This document shows, one piece after another, positions 61,272-64,000 of a stretch of DNA of 64,000 nucleotides. The stretch is from the human T2T-CHM13v2.0 reference genome, Homo sapiens. Each line of letters starts with the position of its first letter. Positions within the stretch are counted from its first letter, which is position 1. The stretch lies in assembly GCF_009914755.1 (NCBI RefSeq), contig NC_060947.1. One strand, 5' to 3'. The position numbers and the translations under genes are program-made. Under the pieces are notes generated by a model, which was not told the origin of the DNA, did not search any database, and was given only the letters and a program-made list of their open reading frames with translations.

Positions 61272-61686
61272 TGTCTTAGTCTGTGTTGCTATAAAGGAAT
61301 ACCTAAGGTTGGGTAATTTATAAAGAAAAGAGGTTGATTTGGTTCATGGTTATGCAGGCTGTACAAAAAACATGGCACCAGCAACCGTTTCTGGTGAGGG
61401 CTTCCAGTAGCTTCCACTCATGGTGGAAGAAGGGAAGCTGGCGTGTGCAGATTACATGGTGAAACAGGAAGCAAGAGACAGAGGAGGAGAGGCCAGGCTT
61501 TTTAACTACCAGTTCTCGAAGGAACCAAGAGTGAGAACTCACTCATTACCACAAGGACAGCACCAAGCCATTTATGAGTCATCTGTTCCATCACCCAAAC
61601 ACCTCCCATTAGGTCCCACTTCCAACACTGGGGATCAAATTTCAACATGAGACTTGGTGAGGCCAAACCATATCCAAACCATAGCA
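61272..61686 (-). mobile_element. MSTB-like solo LTR
   Basis: tgtcttagtctgtgttgctataaaggaatacc...ccaaaccatagca. Confidence 0.85.
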
Positions 61687-61770
61687 GTCTGTTTCTGCAA
61701 ACTCTTCTTGTTGTTGACTTCCAATCTTCAATGATTAGAGTCACTCTTCTCTCCCTGGTATGAATGGGGG

Positions 61771-62166
61771 TGTATTAGTCCATTCTTGCACTGCCATAAA
61801 GATATACATGAAACTAGGTAATTTATATTCAAAAAAAGAGGTTTAATTGGCATATGGTTCCACAGGCTGTACAGAAAGCATGATGGCTTCTGGGGAGGTC
61901 TCAGGAAACTTACAATCATGGTAGAAGGCAAAAGAGAAGCAGGCATCTCTTCCATGACCACAGCAGGAGGAACAGACAGAGGAGGGGGGGGGGGCTACAC
62001 ACTTTTAAACAACCAGATATCATGAGAAGTCATTCACTATCACAAGAACAGCAAGGAGGAAATCTGTCCCCAAGATCCAATCATTTCCCACCAGGCCCCT
62101 CCTCCAACATTGGGGATTACAATTCGACATGAGATTTGGGTGGGGACACAAACCCAAACCATATTA
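61771..62166 (-). mobile_element. MSTA/B-like solo LTR
   Basis: tgtattagtccattcttgcactg...cccaaaccatatta; TSD ggggg/gggga. Confidence 0.87.
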
Positions 62167-62779
62167 GGGGAGCACCTTTCTCAAAGGGAAATTCATCCCC
62201 CTGCTTTTAGGCAGATAAGGGGAAGGCAGAGAACTGTTTCTACATCTGTTGGTTCTCAATTTCCTGCAGGTCAAAATAATCCTTCTGCCAAAGTGTCACA
62301 TTTTGGGGTGTCATATTCTGATCTTCTTCAAGGGTCAAAGCAAGAAAGGAATGAAAGGGTGGTAACATGTGGTAACAGACAGGACTTGTCAGTGCTTCCT
62401 GGGAATCACAGTGGGGGCAGATAAGTGGAGACTATAGGGAAGAAAAACCTGTAAACATTTTCTACATCTAGGAGACCAAATTGACAGGACTGGGTGAAAT
62501 TCTGATGTGGCTAAGCAGAGAAAGAGGGCCAAGCTCTCTGGTTTGAGTTATTTGCAGTTTCCTCAATGGAGGTGGAGCAATACTGGGATCTATAGCCCAA
62601 AGTTCCAGAAGAAAGTGTGCTGGGTGTAAAGAGGGACTACGCGTAGCTCAGCATGAGTGTTGGCAACCAGAGGCCAAAATTCCATCCAGGGTGTGGGTCA
62701 AGAATTGTTGTGAGTTCCAGGGGTGCAGCATGGAGGCATGGCTTCTTATGCATCTCACATGACAGGATAATCTCTTTTT

Positions 62780-63175
62780 CCTCAATATTTTCAATCCTTT
62801 CTATAGGACCCTGCCCCCCACCCAATATTCAGATATGGCCAAAGAGCTCCCACCTTTAAGACAAAATGGCTTTCCTTTGACCTCATATCCTTCTCCAGCT
62901 CCTTCCTTCACCATATCTCTCCAGACTCTGCAGTAGAACTTTTCTAAACAGTTGTCTTTAGCTGCTGTCTCCAATTCCTCATCTCCCCACACACTTCTTA
63001 CAGTCCACTCCCATGTGGTTTCTGTTCCAATCACTACACCAACACTTTTCTTCTGTGTTGCTAACACCAATGTATACTTTTCTGTCTCTATATTATTTGA
63101 CATCTCAGCAGGACATGACACGTTTGACTACTCTCTTGAAGCACTCTCATATTTTGGCTTCTGTGATAGCACAAA
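62780..63175 (+). mobile_element. L2 internal fragment
   Basis: tttgacatctcagcaggacatgacac..ctctcttgaagcactctc resembles decayed L2 RT. Confidence 0.55.
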
Positions 63176-63429
63176 TTTAGCTAGTATTGGGTGCTTGAGG
63201 GAATTTGGTTTGGATCAACATATGTGACAAAACTCTTACTCTGATCCCTATACAAATGCCTGTAAAAAAATAATGTGAGCAGCAGACCAAAATTGAGGCC
63301 ACATTGAAACCTTCTGTACCCAATGGCCTTCTGTACCCAATCTCTTAAGTATCTTGACCTAAAGGGAGGTCAGAAAACAATAGCCATTTTCAGTGCCACG
63401 ACATCCATGAATGTCCATGGTCATAAATG

Positions 63430-63640
63430 AATACTTACTATGCGCCAGACACTATTCTAATCACTTTATATGCAATGACTAAATTAAAACTCACTGCAAG
63501 ATTGCAGGCAAAGGGAAATAATATCACTGTTATTCCATTTTATAGTTGGAAAGACTGACAAATACGGCTGGTAAGTACAGAGCTGGGCTTAAAAATCTAA
63601 ATAGTCTGACTGCAAAGTTCACACTCTTAACCACCATGCT
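63430..63640 (-). mobile_element. MIR
   Basis: acttactatgcgccagacactattctaa, ccattttatagttggaaagactga and ctcttaaccaccatgcta. Confidence 0.75.
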
Positions 63641-63755
63641 ATAGTATAAGAATGTCAAGGTTATTGTGAAACCACCGCACCCATCCATGACTTGTTACCC
63701 TGTCCAAGGTCAGCACTGACCAGAGAGTCAATTACTTATGCAACAAGACTACAGA

Positions 63756-64000
63756 TGATTTTTCAAAATTAACTTTTTTATTAATTTAAAAATCCAGAAA
63801 TACAGTGACTACATAAATAAGTACCATAATTAGGTACATGTCCTGTGAGAACAGTGAAAGGGTAATACTGTTATGTTACTCTTACTTGTTTACATGAGTT
63901 AACTAGAAAATGGCTACAACTGCTAAATGATGCTTATGGTCTTTGTTGTTCCAAGTGTTTATGATACAAATAAATACACAAGAAGAACCACATCCATTCT
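63756..64000 (-). terminator. CHRDL1: Poly(A) site and distal 3'UTR of a minus-strand gene continuing beyond the window (probably CHRDL1)
   Basis: Minus strand: several UGUA motifs, AATAAA (63782-63777), CA about 20 nt downstream (63757-63756), then GU-rich TCTGTAGTCTTGTTG. Gene identity is only from recalled Xq23 order (M6PRP1 near CHRDL1). Confidence 0.5.

Larger units (their letters stand above)
60980..62330 (-). mobile_element. ERV1-class solo LTR (MER89/90/92-like) split by two MST LTRs
   Basis: TG...CA ends; aaaataatccttctgccaaagtgtcacattttggggtgtcatattctga and aacaaaacacagattaa motifs. Confidence 0.62.

Noticed and set aside
53283-63227. 60-147 aa ORFs in the distal region
   Set aside because: No recognisable domains; many overlap L2, MIR, Alu or MST repeats, and their lengths fit chance.
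63310-63341. Short tandem duplications (ccttctgtacccaat x2; also ~22977-23015, 46161-46178, 59061-59077)
   Set aside because: Ordinary slippage-type micro-duplications with no array structure.

Overview
Primate (very likely human) genomic DNA, not prokaryotic. Roughly 85% of positions 1-53.3 kb is LINE-1 sequence, arranged as two deeply nested stacks. The first is an L1MA2-like host (about 4.5-24.4 kb) with an inverted 5'UTR piece, interrupted by a minus-strand L1PB and a full-length L1PA7-like element. The second is an ancient L1M host (about 36.5-53.3 kb) interrupted by MLT1A, a full-length Tigger1 (itself carrying an L1), and L1MA8-, L1PA8A- and L1PA6-like elements. Between the stacks lie a processed M6PR (cation-dependent mannose-6-phosphate receptor) pseudogene split by a short L1, and a full-length minus-strand L1PA4/5. 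After about 53.3 kb the sequence switches to MIR/L2/Alu/MaLR/DNA-transposon-rich DNA and ends in a minus-strand poly(A) site and 3'UTR. From memory of gene order this may be CHRDL1 next to M6PRP1 on Xq23, which I could not verify. I found no intact protein-coding gene and no convincing novel multi-gene system; nearly all long ORFs in the track are decayed L1/Tigger1 frames or their antisense shadows. The most notable signals are a ~100-bp fold-back palindrome with templated filler, probable gene conversion between two inverted neighbouring L1s, a twin-priming-type inversion plus deletion, an open 107-aa ORF0 homologue, and a CTCF motif built across a transposon junction. Subfamily names come from recalled diagnostic motifs and need RepeatMasker/Dfam confirmation.
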